Notes: a model not told the origin generated them from the sequence alone. A DNA stretch of 64,000 bases from Candidatus Latescibacterota bacterium (GCA_965203355.1 OZ241889.1:3648001-3712000); one strand, 5' to 3'. Shown: positions 17,478-28,614, counted from the first letter of the stretch. Numbers and translations are program-made.

Positions 17478-20270
17478 TTAAAGTTGACCACCATGACGAA
17501 TCAACAACTCTGCCGTTTCACTAGCTCCTTTTTCTTTTGCATAATGGAGCGGCTTATGGCCGCCAAAAAAACCAGTGCTGTCTTCTGCGTTGACATTTGC
17601 GCCCTGTTTCAGGAGGAATTCAGCCGTCTCGTACGCATTCTCCAACGCCGCAAAATGAAGCGGGGTAACGCCATTTTCGGTCTTGGCGTGGACGTCGGCA
17701 CCGTTTTGGAGCAACACGGCAGCTACCTCCCGAGCATTTGCCGACGCCGCAGCACACAGCGGGGTATAGCCATATTTGGCATTGGCGTCGACGTAGGCAC
17801 CGTTTTGGAGCAACACGGCAGCCGTCTCGTGCGCATTCTCTAACGCCGCAGTATGAAGAGGGGTATAGCCATCTTTGTCCCTGGCGTGGACGTCGGCACC
17901 GTTTTGGAGCAACACGGCAGCTACCTCCCGAGCATTTGCCGACGCCGCAGCATGAAGCGGGGTAACGAGCGGAGTAACGCCATCTTCAGTACTGGCGTGG
18001 ACATCTACGCCCCGTTTCAAGAGGAATTCAACCGTCTCCCGCGCATTTGCCGACGCCGCAGTATGAAGCGGGGTATAGCCATCTTTGTCCCTGGCGTGGA
18101 CGTCGGCACCGTTTTGGAGCAACACGGCAACCGTCTCCCGCGCATTCGCCAACGCCGCAGCATGAAGCGGGGTAACGCCATCTTCAGGCTTGGCGTGGAT
18201 GTCGGTGCCCCGTTTCAGGAGGAATTCAGCCATCTCCCGCGCATTTGCCGACGCCGCAGCATGAAGCGGGGTATAGCCATTTTCGGCCTTGGCGTGGACG
18301 TCGGCACCACTTTGGAGCAAAACAGTAGCCGTCTCTCTCGCATTCTCCAACGCTGCAAAATGAAGCGGGGTAACGCCATATTCGGACTTGGCGTAAACGT
18401 CGGCACCACTTTGGAGCAAAACGGCAACCGTCTCCCGCGCATTCACCAACGCTGCAAAATGAAGCGGGGTATCGCCATATTCGGACTTGGCGTGGACGTC
18501 GGCACCACTTTGGAGCAACACGGCAGCCGTCTCCCGCGCATTCAACGCCGCAGCATGAAGCGGGGTAACGCCATCTTTGCCCTTGGCGTGAACGTCGGCA
18601 CCGTTTTGGAGCAACACGGCAGCCATCTCCCGCGCATTCGCCAACGCCGCAGCATGAAGCGGGGTATCGCCATCTTTGTCCTTGGCGTGGACGTCGGCAC
18701 CGTTTTGGAGCAACACAACAGCCGTCTCGTGCGCATTCGCAAACGCCGCAACATGAAGCGGGGTACAATCTTTTAGCTCACGATCATCCTCTCCCATTTT
18801 ATCGAGAATTGTCGTAAGGTGCGGCGAGATACTGGCGTGTAGTGTGGCCTTCGCGTCAATGTCGGAATTCTGGTCCAGCAGGGATTGAGCGAGTGCAGGC
18901 AGATTCAGACACGCAGCGTGATGTAGGTCGGTCACGCCTTTATTGTATATGATATCTGGAGATGGCTTGCGACCCACCTTCGCAACAAACTCTCTTTCCT
19001 CGCTCTCTTCTGCCGCTTCCCGCACCGTTGGTTCCGACTTTGCAAAATTCAGCGACTGGAAAATTTCATCTATTGCGCTGAGCATCTTTTGCCGGATCTG
19101 TACCATCTGTTTCTTGATGGGCGCGAAATCTCTCTTTTGCGAGTCTATGAGCTTGCTGATTTTTTCTCCTAAAACGTCCGCATCGTCTGGTTTTAGCTCA
19201 GAAAGATGAAAGTCGATATCTTTGAGTTCGTTTGTCATCCACTTGGCCGTTCTTTCGTCTTTGAGAATGGCATTCACATACATCTCAAAGACGCCCTCAA
19301 TCTCCTGCTTCAAGTCTGTGTTCGCTTGTTTGGGCTGGTTTTGCTCTCGGAAAAAGTCCGCCAACGACATCTCGTCATATGAGAATTCCTCACGGCGGCG
19401 AGAACTATACGCGCTGATTCCAAGAGGCTCGAAATCCACGTCGGCAAGCGTATTCTTCACCTCGTTCAGTATGTCCTCCAATTCACTGAGGTGCTTGATG
19501 TCCGCCTTGTTCAGAACTACGTAAAACGGTAAAGACCTCAATTCCAAACCCTCCAGAAACTCCAAATCTTCATCGGGGACCGTACCAGCAGAATCCAGCC
19601 CAATCATCCAGATGAGCGCATCCCGATCTTTGAGAAAATCAGCCGCCGTAGTCCGGTCTTCACTGCGTCCTCCCGGATTGTAGCCCGGCGTATCAATCAA
19701 GCAGATGTTGTCAAACAAGCTGTCGCGCAAAGGAACCTCCACTGTAATGGAGGGCATGATGTACTTGAGATCGAAGGGAAAGGTGTCGATGAAACTGTGG
19801 GATAGTTGCGAATATAGTGCCGGGTCGATATCCACCGTATTGCCGGTGCGGGAAAAACCCTTGATCGCCATCTCCGAATTGGCAATAACAAAAGAAGGAA
19901 TGGCCGTGGCCGGTTGGACTCGCTCCGGCAGCAAATGATCATATCCCTCGATAAAACTGTTGACAAACGCCGACTTGCCACTGCTGAATCCACCACCAAT
20001 GGCAATGGATCGCTTGGCGGAAAGATGAGGAAAGACTACCAGTTCTTTCAACCGATTGGCCAGTCTTTCCAAACGCTGCACCGCGGCCGCTTCCTCGGCT
20101 AACGACGACTCCGCATCGGCAAATTCCCGAAACTCTCCGTTCAAGAGGTCCTCAAACTTCTTGAACTCTACGTGTTCATTGGATTTAGCCGTCAGCAGGT
20201 CGGAAACTAACTTGTATTTCTTCTGCAAATCCTCATACTCTAAACGCAACCCACTTTCATCCATGATCAA
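17478..20270 (-). CDS. Dynamin-like GTPase fused to ~14 C-terminal ankyrin repeats
   Basis: GGGFSSGKS, PATAIP, DTPG, NKAD; coiled coil; TPLHxAA..LL..GAD repeats. Confidence 0.9.
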   Translation of the reverse strand: MIMDESGLRLEYEDLQKKYKLVSDLLTAKSNEHVEFKKFEDLLNGEFREFADAESSLAEEAAAVQRLERLANRLKELVVFPHLSAKRSIAIGGGFSSGKSAFVNSFIEGYDHLLPERVQPATAIPSFVIANSEMAIKGFSRTGNTVDIDPALYSQLSHSFIDTFPFDLKYIMPSITVEVPLRDSLFDNICLIDTPGYNPGGRSEDRTTAADFLKDRDALIWMIGLDSAGTVPDEDLEFLEGLELRSLPFYVVLNKADIKHLSELEDILNEVKNTLADVDFEPLGISAYSSRRREEFSYDEMSLADFFREQNQPKQANTDLKQEIEGVFEMYVNAILKDERTAKWMTNELKDIDFHLSELKPDDADVLGEKISKLIDSQKRDFAPIKKQMVQIRQKMLSAIDEIFQSLNFAKSEPTVREAAEESEEREFVAKVGRKPSPDIIYNKGVTDLHHAACLNLPALAQSLLDQNSDIDAKATLHASISPHLTTILDKMGEDDRELKDCTPLHVAAFANAHETAVVLLQNGADVHAKDKDGDTPLHAAALANAREMAAVLLQNGADVHAKGKDGVTPLHAAALNARETAAVLLQSGADVHAKSEYGDTPLHFAALVNARETVAVLLQSGADVYAKSEYGVTPLHFAALENARETATVLLQSGADVHAKAENGYTPLHAAASANAREMAEFLLKRGTDIHAKPEDGVTPLHAAALANARETVAVLLQNGADVHARDKDGYTPLHTAASANARETVEFLLKRGVDVHASTEDGVTPLVTPLHAAASANAREVAAVLLQNGADVHARDKDGYTPLHTAALENAHETAAVLLQNGAYVDANAKYGYTPLCAAASANAREVAAVLLQNGADVHAKTENGVTPLHFAALENAYETAEFLLKQGANVNAEDSTGFFGGHKPLHYAKEKGASETAELLIRHGGQL
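17580..18770 (-). repeat. Tandem ~99-bp ankyrin-coding repeats (about 12 highly similar units)
   Basis: Recurring atgaagcgggg..gacgtcggcacc..ttggagcaa units. Confidence 0.92.
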
Positions 20271-22319
20271 TCCCTTTCAATTCTTCCCTAATGCGGGCGA
20301 TTCGACCCAACTCCATTGTCTTGTTCTTAATGGAGCCCTCGAGAGAGGCGAGGTCCTTGTTGAACTTTTCCAGCAGCCGATCAGCTAACCGAACTCCATA
20401 CATCGCCTTGGTGAGATCATCAATGTACCCCCTCACTTTCTTGCGAAGCTCTCTACAAGAATCCTTAGAATAGCTGCATGCCTCATTAAAAAATGAGGTC
20501 GCCTCCTCACCTTTCAATACACCCCGAGGCGTCAGATCTTTGGGCAATTGGATATTATATTTGAATGGTGGAATGGATATGGAATTAACGGCATTTTTTA
20601 TAATCTCTCGAACTCTCCATGCTTCTACATCCTCATCACCCAATTCTTGCCGTAAAATTTTAGTTAGTTCTTTGTTGAGTTCATTCCGCCACAGGTCCAT
20701 TTGGGCTTCTGTTTTCTCTACAATATCCTCTACCATTTTTTCAACAGACTCCGTCAATATCCCAACGACAGCATTCGTGCGGATGGTCTCAACAGATCTC
20801 GTCTTATTCTCCTTAAATATGATACCTGTTTGAAAATTTTCATATATTTCGCTTTTCTCTTCAGCGATACCCTCTCGTACCGACCGATCTCGACTTTCTA
20901 GCTCCTTGTTAAGTTCACGTCTCAGGTTTTCTTTAACCTGTTTAACCGATTCTTCATGCGCCTCGCCAATTAGAGAAGCCGTCTTTTCCAAGGATTCGAT
21001 CAAACTGTCACGCCGCTTCTTAAAACCCTCAATTTCTATACTCTCAATTTGGGTATGCCGCTCATTCGCATACTTGAGTAAGTCGTTTTTCAACTTGTGT
21101 AGAGACTGGAGTTTTGCGCCGCTGTACTCTGTTTGTCTGTCCTTGATGATGATGTCCTTTTTTTCGCGCACACCAGCGACGATTTCCCGAATGTACGCTA
21201 TGTTGGACAGCTTCTCCAGATTGATACACGATAATTCCGCATCTTCAGCGGAGAAATAGTTTCGATACTCAAACAACAAATTGTCCCAAACATGCTGCAT
21301 TCCCTCATCCCACGCATCTTTTTTATCAAAGCTCTGCTTCAGGCTTTCGCAAATGCCCGCAGAGTGAATGATTCTACCTTGCTGAAGTAACTGATCATAG
21401 GTATTGCCCACTTCGGGATTGCGCTCCTTCAAATCCTCAATAATCATCTCCAAATGCCTTCCGAGCACATCCGTAGTGAGGCGGTCCAATACGCGGTCCA
21501 AGTCCCCGTTGCTTTCATCCTTCAAATTGCCATAAAGCTGCGTATCGACTTGCGACGCTATCACGTATAGCTCCCGGATGCTTTCCTGCCCAGTAATGCG
21601 ATCCATCAAATTCAAATCTGCCGAACTCATAAACTGACCGGCCGGACTGACGATCAACACCACATCGCATTGACTCAAATGCTGTCGGGTTCGCGCCTCA
21701 CGCGACTTTACCGGATCGTTAATACCGGGCGTATCCACAATTTCTATATCCCGCAGATTCTCTTGCGGTAGCCAAATGTTGACACTTTTGGTAACGGGCA
21801 TGTAACGGCCGGTCGCGCCGACGTAATCATCCAATTGGCGACGCAAATCGGCAAGATCGGAAAACTTGAGAACGGTCTTTTTCTCGATCTCGCTGAGGTC
21901 GAGCCCAGACTTTTCGATTTTATCGTATTGTTCATAGGCGGCAACCAAGGCGTCGTTGCCATCCTTCATCGCCCGTTTCACCCTACTGCTCGCCCGCTCT
22001 TCTGGGGACCTGCGCGAGCGTATCTCTTCTGCTTGTTCCTCGGCTAAAAAGTCTTTATAAAGCCGATCTGCTCGTGTCTTATATGCCCTGTACTGGTTCT
22101 GGATATGTCTCAAGTCCTCTTGGGTAAAAAACTCTACTTCTGCCGATAGACTCTCCCCGTAAGAAAGCGTCGTCAAGGCCGCTGTCATGGGAGTTGCCGC
22201 CTTGGGCAGAATGCTTTCCCCTGCAAAGAGCAGGGCGTTTAGCAGCGAGGATTTTCCAGATTTGACCCGTCCCACAATACCGATCCTGAGTAGGCGGTTT
22301 TCATCTTCAATAGCCGTTA

Positions 22320-23247
22320 GAAGCGTTTTTAAAATTCATTTTTTTTAGCGATTCGCTTGAGTATCAAATGGATCATCGCGATTTGGATAAAGGCTTCACT
22401 ATTGCAAGTTAGGTGCTCGTAGTCTTTGGCATGGACTCGATAGTTGAGTAGCCAAGCAAACGTTCGTTCGACGACCCAACGACGAGGGAGCACCTCAAAG
22501 CCGGAGCCTTGTCTGGATACGACTTCAAGGTCTATTTTGTGCGTTTTTTTTTTGAGCCACCCATTGCCTAAGCGGCGCGCCTTTATAGGCTCCATCCACC
22601 CACAGCTTGCGTAACCTTTGTACCGTGGGTGAAAAGTAGGTTTTCAACAAGGTCTTCAAGCCGTCGGCATCCGAGGTCGAAGCAGCGGTCACCACACACT
22701 CAATCAGACGACCCTCGGTGTCGACCAACAGATGGCGTTTGCGTCCTTTAACCTTCTTGCCGGCATCGTATCCAACACTTTTACCTTGGGTGGCCGTGGT
22801 AACGCTCTGCGCGTCCACGATCCCCGCCGACGGGGTCGGTGCCCGGCCGTGCTGGATGCGATCCTGCCTGGTTAGGGCGTCGAGTATCTGTGGCCAAACC
22901 CCTTGTTGACGCCAGCGATTGAAGTAGCCATACACCGTTTGCCAAGGCCCAAAACACCGCGGCAGCATCGGCCAAGGACACCCGGTTTTAGCCCGATACA
23001 GTAGACCATTCATCACCAAACGCACCGCCCGAGGTGGCCGACCCGGACCCCCTTGACGCCAACGGCCCCGAGGCAGCAGACGAGCAAGTAACAGCCATTG
23101 TGCATCGGTCAAATCCGTCGCATATTCTACACCGGGCGTACCCATATATAACCCCCCTTTCAGGCTTTGTGATGAAACCTAAAGGTCGGTTCATGGGTAC
23201 GTCCTTTCAAGGGAAAATCAACTAAAAGTGAATTTTAAAAAGGCTTC
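22320..23247 (-). mobile_element. IS5-family (IS1031-like) insertion sequence, 928 bp, TTA target duplication
   Basis: Terminal IRs GAAGCGTTTTTAAAATTCA / TGAATTTTAAAAAGGCTTC; TTA at 22317-22319 and 23248-23250. Confidence 0.93.
22329..23145 (-). CDS. IS5-family DDE transposase, frameshifted at an A10 run (22544-22553)
   Basis: [34 protein letters not shown], then [12 protein letters not shown] in the other frame. Confidence 0.88.
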
Positions 23248-23470
23248 TTAGGTTTGCTTGCAATTCCTTCGCCGCCGGGATGCCGTGTTCTTGGGCGAGG
23301 TTTGCCGCCTCATCGCCGAGAAAATCGCCATAGCGATCTATGACCTGATCTAGATTGTCTCTGTATGCGACGATACCACGAGCTTGCATGGCGTTGTCTC
23401 CCTTTGGGTCAAGTAGGTTAAAGTTTTAGAGAGAACGGCGATTTAGTAAAATCTGCTAAATCAATCCTCG

Positions 23471-25198
23471 TCAGACTCTTGCAGAGCGCGTAAAGATTGT
23501 CTCGCTTGCCAGCGAGCGGATAGTTTCCCTAACGCCCGTGAGTTGGTCAATGGTTTGCTCAATATCTCGCTGCGCGTCCTTTTTGATTTGCTCAGCAGCG
23601 ACGATTTCATCGCGCTTTGACTTAATGTGCAAATCAATGGCCCCGGCTTGCTCGTTAATCAAGACTCTCACCTGCTCCTCGAAATACCCGGGCAGTTCGC
23701 TTGCCAGCCTATTTTTAACTTCTGGAATAATCCGCCCAACTAGGTCCTCACGCAGCTTCCTCTTTGCTCTCTCTTTTTGCAGAAGGGCAATGAGTTCTGG
23801 TAAGAATACAATGACAACTTCCACTGCCACTGCCACCACGTTAGTAGTAATGGCAAGCAGGACGGTAAGACCCCGCATTTTTCGCATCCCATTTATTATT
23901 TTACCCATAGCTCCCGAAAGCGTTTTGGTCGCCAACGGACCAAACATAGAAGAGTTTACAAATCTATCCATGCCTGTTTCGTCGCCTACATAGGACGACA
24001 AAGTACGCGCAGTACTCTCAATATGATCGCTTAGTTCTTTGACAATCTCGGCGTTCAAGTCGATAAGTTTGGCTTTTACGTGACGCAAAACTGAGGAGCG
24101 GACGATTTCCCCCATCTGTTGCTGTACAGCATCTGTTCCCTCCTGTGAGATGGCCGTGTTGACCAACGCATCTACCTGAGCACTCAAGTCGCCGCCCACC
24201 TTATCCACAATAGAGCGGACGGAGTTTGTGGAATACTTCGCACGAATATCCTGAACTAGCTGATCCTTTTTCCGCTCTAACTCCCTCAGTCCCTCAGCAA
24301 GCTGGTCTATGGCCTCCTGATTCTCGCTTTCGCTCCTTCTCAGCGAGCTAATCCAAGTGTTCAAGCTGGCGTCGAGCGCGTAGAAATCGCCCTCCAAGCG
24401 AGGCCGCCAAAGCCGATCAAAAAGAGCCTCTGGATCAATGGCCTTGAGCATCTTGCCCAGTGCCGCCCCGCCCTCTTTGCCCACCGACACGACCGAATCG
24501 GCAAAATCAAAATCGTCCTTCAGTCGCTCCTCGACATTCTGCACAATGGTCTCTACCTCCGAAGCCGAGCGCAAATTCGCCTTGCTCACAAATACGGAAA
24601 ACCCCTTGTCAAACTCGTGAAATTCAGCCAACTGCCGCAGGGTCGATTGGGTGACGGTCCCTTCCTCCACGCTGATCAGGACCGCGTAATGACTCCCGCG
24701 GGCAAGATATGTCAAAATGGCTTGGTGATGTAAGTCCAGCGGCGAGTCAAATCCGGGCATATCCACGAGCACCAGCGGCAGCACTCCTTGCAATTGGGAA
24801 CGGTCGAGAAAGCCCTTTACATATTTATACTGGCGCGCCTTCCCTTTGATCTCGCGGATGTCGCGGATGTCGTAGCGATCCGTCTCCTCATTGGCCTTAA
24901 CCGCCGAAATGTACTCCTCGTGGGAATAGCGCAACTCGGTCGCCAACGCAGTCTCCGGCGTGGTGTTCACCGGCAACAAATCCTGCTCCAAAAAGGAGTT
25001 GATCAACGTGCTCTTACCGGCACTAAACGCGCCGACCACCGGAACGATCAATTCCGCCGCCCGAATCTCCTGCTCCAACTCCTCTACGGAGCGGACATTC
25101 TGTTCCCATTCTTCAGCAAATCCCGAAGATTGGACCTTGTTTAGTTCGGCCTGTACTTCGCCTAAATAGTTGCAAAACGCCTGCTGCGTATTAAGCAT
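23471..25198 (-). CDS. Dynamin-like GTPase (first gene of trio)
   Basis: VVGAFSAGKSTLIN, TPETALATELRYS, DMPGFDSP, hydrophobic paddle-like segment near C-terminus. Confidence 0.9.
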   Translation of the reverse strand: MLNTQQAFCNYLGEVQAELNKVQSSGFAEEWEQNVRSVEELEQEIRAAELIVPVVGAFSAGKSTLINSFLEQDLLPVNTTPETALATELRYSHEEYISAVKANEETDRYDIRDIREIKGKARQYKYVKGFLDRSQLQGVLPLVLVDMPGFDSPLDLHHQAILTYLARGSHYAVLISVEEGTVTQSTLRQLAEFHEFDKGFSVFVSKANLRSASEVETIVQNVEERLKDDFDFADSVVSVGKEGGAALGKMLKAIDPEALFDRLWRPRLEGDFYALDASLNTWISSLRRSESENQEAIDQLAEGLRELERKKDQLVQDIRAKYSTNSVRSIVDKVGGDLSAQVDALVNTAISQEGTDAVQQQMGEIVRSSVLRHVKAKLIDLNAEIVKELSDHIESTARTLSSYVGDETGMDRFVNSSMFGPLATKTLSGAMGKIINGMRKMRGLTVLLAITTNVVAVAVEVVIVFLPELIALLQKERAKRKLREDLVGRIIPEVKNRLASELPGYFEEQVRVLINEQAGAIDLHIKSKRDEIVAAEQIKKDAQRDIEQTIDQLTGVRETIRSLASETIFTRSARV

Positions 25199-25257
25199 AA
25201 TAGCTTTCTCCACAATGTTTGAGTAACACCAGAATAATAGGTGATAAAGTCGTCCCT

Positions 25258-26370
25258 TCAAGCGAGGTTGCGCCCGGAGCACTGCTGCACATACTCAATG
25301 GCCGCGCACACGGTCGCATCGCTTATGCCCTCCACGACCTCCACCGCCCCAATCCGCCGCCCCAGCACAAACCGCAGCCGCCCTTCCACCCGCTTCTTGT
25401 CGGCCTTGGCACAGGCCAAAATCCGCTCGGCCTCCACCTCGGCCAGCCCCCCGGGCACCCCCAACCGCTCCAGCAACGCATCCTGCCGCTGCCGTTCCGC
25501 TTCGGGCCAAAACCCCTCGCGGCAGGCGATTTCGCCCGCGGCGATCAAGCCCAAAATTATCGCTTCCCCGTGTCGGTAGCGGCCGTAGTCCGTGGCGGCT
25601 TCAATCGCGTGCCCAATGGTGTGCCCGTAATTGAGAATCGCCCGCAAGCCCTGCTCCTTCTCGTCGGCGGCCACTACTTCGGCCTTGATCTCGACATTGC
25701 GGCCAATGAGCCAGTCCAAAGTCTCTGGCGCCAACGCCATATCCACGACCTCCTCCAAGTGTTCTTCCAAAAAGGCGAACAGCGCGGCGTCGCGAATCAG
25801 CCCGTGTTTGACCACCTCGGCCAGGCCCGCAACCCGCTCGCGCCGCGGCAGCGAGTGCAGTGCGTTGGTGTCGGCCAAAACCAAGCGCGGCTGGTGAAAG
25901 GTGCCGATCAGGTTTTTGCCCAGCGCGTGGTTGACCCCGGTCTTGCCGCCAATACTCGAATCAACCTGCGCGACGATGGTAGTAGGTACCTGCACGTAGG
26001 GCACGCCGCGCAAATAAGTGGAAGCCACAAAGCCCGCCACGTCGCCGACCACGCCCCCGCCGAGGGCCGCGACCCAAGCCCCACGGTCGAACTCGGCCTC
26101 GATCAGCTGCGTGAAAATGCCCTCGGCCCCGAGCAAGTTCTTAGCCTCCTCGCCCCCAGCACAGACGATCTCTAACACCTCAAACCCAGCCGCACGCAAG
26201 CTCTCCCCGGCTGGTTGCAGGTAGTGCGCCGCTACGATCTCGTCGGACACCAAGGCAACCTGCCGACCCAAGGCCAAATCGCGGCAGCGCAGCCCCAATT
26301 CCCCTAAAATATCGTGGCCGACGAAAATGGGATATGCAGCCCCCGGGATGGCTAAGTCAATCCTTGGCAT
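25258..26370 (-). CDS. aroB: 3-dehydroquinate synthase
   Basis: LGGGVVGD, DSSIGGKTG, KNLIG.FHQP, LNYGHT.GHA. Confidence 0.95.
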   Translation of the reverse strand: MPRIDLAIPGAAYPIFVGHDILGELGLRCRDLALGRQVALVSDEIVAAHYLQPAGESLRAAGFEVLEIVCAGGEEAKNLLGAEGIFTQLIEAEFDRGAWVAALGGGVVGDVAGFVASTYLRGVPYVQVPTTIVAQVDSSIGGKTGVNHALGKNLIGTFHQPRLVLADTNALHSLPRRERVAGLAEVVKHGLIRDAALFAFLEEHLEEVVDMALAPETLDWLIGRNVEIKAEVVAADEKEQGLRAILNYGHTIGHAIEAATDYGRYRHGEAIILGLIAAGEIACREGFWPEAERQRQDALLERLGVPGGLAEVEAERILACAKADKKRVEGRLRFVLGRRIGAVEVVEGISDATVCAAIEYVQQCSGRNLA

Positions 26371-26902
26371 AGCGCTCTAACAAGGCGAGAAGGTGTCTGG
26401 CCGTGTCCTCTGGCGTCTCGGCCTGCGAGGTGTACAGCTCGATGTCGGCTTGGTCGTAGAAAGGAGCGCGCTCGCGGAGCAAGGACGCTATCTTGGCGCG
26501 TTGCGCCTGCGGGTCCAACCCCGCGAGCAGGGGCCGGTTAGAGTGGAGACGGACGCGGGCAAAAATCGTCTCCACGTCGGCCTTGAGACACACCAAGATG
26601 CCAGCGCAGCGCACCGCCGCCATATTGTCGGCGCGGGTGATCGCCCCACCGCCCAAGGCCACTACGGCATCCGGGCACTGGCAGGTTTCGAGGACGCAGG
26701 CGCGCTCTAGCTGGCGAAAGTGCGCCTCACCCTCGTCGGCGAAAATCTTCGCAATGGTCTTGCCGGCGCGCTGTTCGACCATCCGGTCGGTGTCCAAAAA
26801 ACAACGTCCTAGCTTCTTCGCGAGGATGTGCCCGACGTGGGTCTTGCCCACGCCCATAAAACCAGCGAGAAACACCGGCCCCTTGGTCATGGCCGCGCTC
26901 AC
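26357..26902 (-). CDS. aroK: Shikimate kinase
   Basis: GFMGVGKT, GEAHFRQLE, LGGG, RPLL. Confidence 0.93.
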   Translation of the reverse strand: MSAAMTKGPVFLAGFMGVGKTHVGHILAKKLGRCFLDTDRMVEQRAGKTIAKIFADEGEAHFRQLERACVLETCQCPDAVVALGGGAITRADNMAAVRCAGILVCLKADVETIFARVRLHSNRPLLAGLDPQAQRAKIASLLRERAPFYDQADIELYTSQAETPEDTARHLLALLERYAKD

Positions 26903-28614
26903 ATTCGCTCCAAGGTCTCGATGCCGAGCAGGTCGAGCCCCTGGCGCACGGTGCGCGCCGTCAGTAGGGCCAACAACAACCGGCTCGTCCGCACCGGCTC
27001 ATCTGCGCGGAGCACTGGACACTGCTCGTAGAACTTCATAAAGGCGTCCGCCAATTCGCCGAGATAGGTGCAGAGCACGTGCGGATAGCACTGGCCGGCC
27101 ACGGCCGCGACCACTTCGGGAAACTGCAACAGCTTGATGGCGAGCGCGTTTTCGGCCCGCTCGCCCACGATTATCGCGCCGTCAAGTGCCTCTTCATCCA
27201 CGCCAGCGCGGCGGAACATGCTCTTGATGCGGGCGTATGAGTAGAGCATGTACGGCGCGGTGTTGCCGTCGAGCGCTAGCATCTTGTCCCAGTCGAACAC
27301 GTAGTCCGAGAGGCGGTTGAACGACAACTCCATGTACTTGATGCTGCCAATGCCAATTACGCGGGCGATCTGCCGCCGCTCGGCCTCGGCCATGGTGGGA
27401 TTCTTCGCGCTCACTTGGGCAAAGGCCCGCGCCACACCCTCCTCCAACACGTCCATCAGCTTGACTGTGCCGCCGACCCGCGTCTTAAACGGCCGGTGGT
27501 CCGCGCCGAGAATCGCGCCAAACGCATGGTGCTCCAAAGCGGTCGTCGCCGGCGCATATCCCGCCGCCCGCGCTACCGCGAAGACCTGCTGCAAGTGAAA
27601 CGACTGGCGCGCATCGACGATGTAGAGAATGCGGTCGGCCGCGAGTGCGCCGGCCCGATAGCGCACCGCCGCGAGGTCGCTCGTCGCATAGAGGTAGCCG
27701 CCGTCTGACTTCTGCACGATGACCGGCGTAATCTGGCCGTCCTTGTTTTTGAATTCCGCCAAGAAGACGCACTGTGCGCCGTTGGATTCCACCAGCAAGC
27801 CCTTGGCGCGCAAATCCTCGACCACGCGGGGCAAGTCGTCGTTGTACGCGCTCTCGCCCCGCACGTCTTCGGGCTTCAGGCCGACTCCTAGCGCGGCGTA
27901 TACGCGCTGGCCGTGGGCGAGGGATTCGTCGATAAACTGCTGCCACCGCCCCAGCACCTGCGGGTCGCCACTTTGCAGCTTGACCACGTATTCCCGCGCC
28001 CGATCGGCAAAGGCCGCGTCTTGGTCAAAGCGCTGCCGCGCCGACTGGTAGAACACTTCTAGATCGGCCAATTCCGTGGCTGGATCCGCCCGCTCGGCCA
28101 AGTGGGCAATGAGCATCCCAAACTGCGTCCCCCAGTCGCCCACGTGATTGTGGCGCACAACCTCGTGGCCCAAAAATTCGAGGACGCGCGCGATGGCATC
28201 GCCGATGACTGTGCTGCGCAGATGGCCGATGTGCATTTCCTTGGCCAAGTTGGGATGCGAGTAGTCGAGTACGACCTTTTGCGGCGCGGCTTGGGGTACG
28301 CCGAGGCGCGGATCGGCCAGCACCTGCCCTAGCTGCGCGGCCAGCCACTCGCCCTTGAGTTGGATGTTGATAAAACCCGGCCCGGCGATAGCTACGGACG
28401 CGGCCATATCCGCCAGATCTAATTCCTCCACGACCTGAGCGGCGAGTGCGCGGGGATTGGTCTTCAGCTTCTTGGCGGCGGCCATCACACCGTTGGCCTG
28501 ATAATCGCCGAACTCCGGCCGGGTGGCCGGGCCGACGAGGGCCGGGGAATCCGCGGGCGCACCCGCTCGGGCCAATGCCGCGCTAATGCGCGTTGCTAGT
28601 AATTCGGTTATCAT
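26899..28614 (-). CDS. argS: Arginine--tRNA ligase
   Basis: FGDYQAN, HIGH, NHVGDWGTQFG, GNTAPY. Confidence 0.96.
   Translation of the reverse strand: MITELLATRISAALARAGAPADSPALVGPATRPEFGDYQANGVMAAAKKLKTNPRALAAQVVEELDLADMAASVAIAGPGFINIQLKGEWLAAQLGQVLADPRLGVPQAAPQKVVLDYSHPNLAKEMHIGHLRSTVIGDAIARVLEFLGHEVVRHNHVGDWGTQFGMLIAHLAERADPATELADLEVFYQSARQRFDQDAAFADRAREYVVKLQSGDPQVLGRWQQFIDESLAHGQRVYAALGVGLKPEDVRGESAYNDDLPRVVEDLRAKGLLVESNGAQCVFLAEFKNKDGQITPVIVQKSDGGYLYATSDLAAVRYRAGALAADRILYIVDARQSFHLQQVFAVARAAGYAPATTALEHHAFGAILGADHRPFKTRVGGTVKLMDVLEEGVARAFAQVSAKNPTMAEAERRQIARVIGIGSIKYMELSFNRLSDYVFDWDKMLALDGNTAPYMLYSYARIKSMFRRAGVDEEALDGAIIVGERAENALAIKLLQFPEVVAAVAGQCYPHVLCTYLGELADAFMKFYEQCPVLRADEPVRTSRLLLALLTARTVRQGLDLLGIETLERM

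Larger units (their letters stand above)
20257..23389 (-). pseudogene. Dynamin-like GTPase gene interrupted by an IS after codon ~47
   Basis: Removing 22320-23250 restores MQARGIV..KELQANL-TAIEDENRLLRIGIVGRVKSGKSS in frame; LPKAATPMTA, DTPGIND motifs. Confidence 0.88.

Noticed and set aside
17853-18776. Repetitive plus-strand ORF and 99-bp repeats as a possible CRISPR array
   Set aside because: Antisense of ankyrin repeats; no unique spacers and no cas genes.
22525-22595. Programmed frameshift in the transposase
   Set aside because: The shift lies late in the DDE domain of a normally single-ORF type and is fixed by A9; mutation or sequencing error is more likely.
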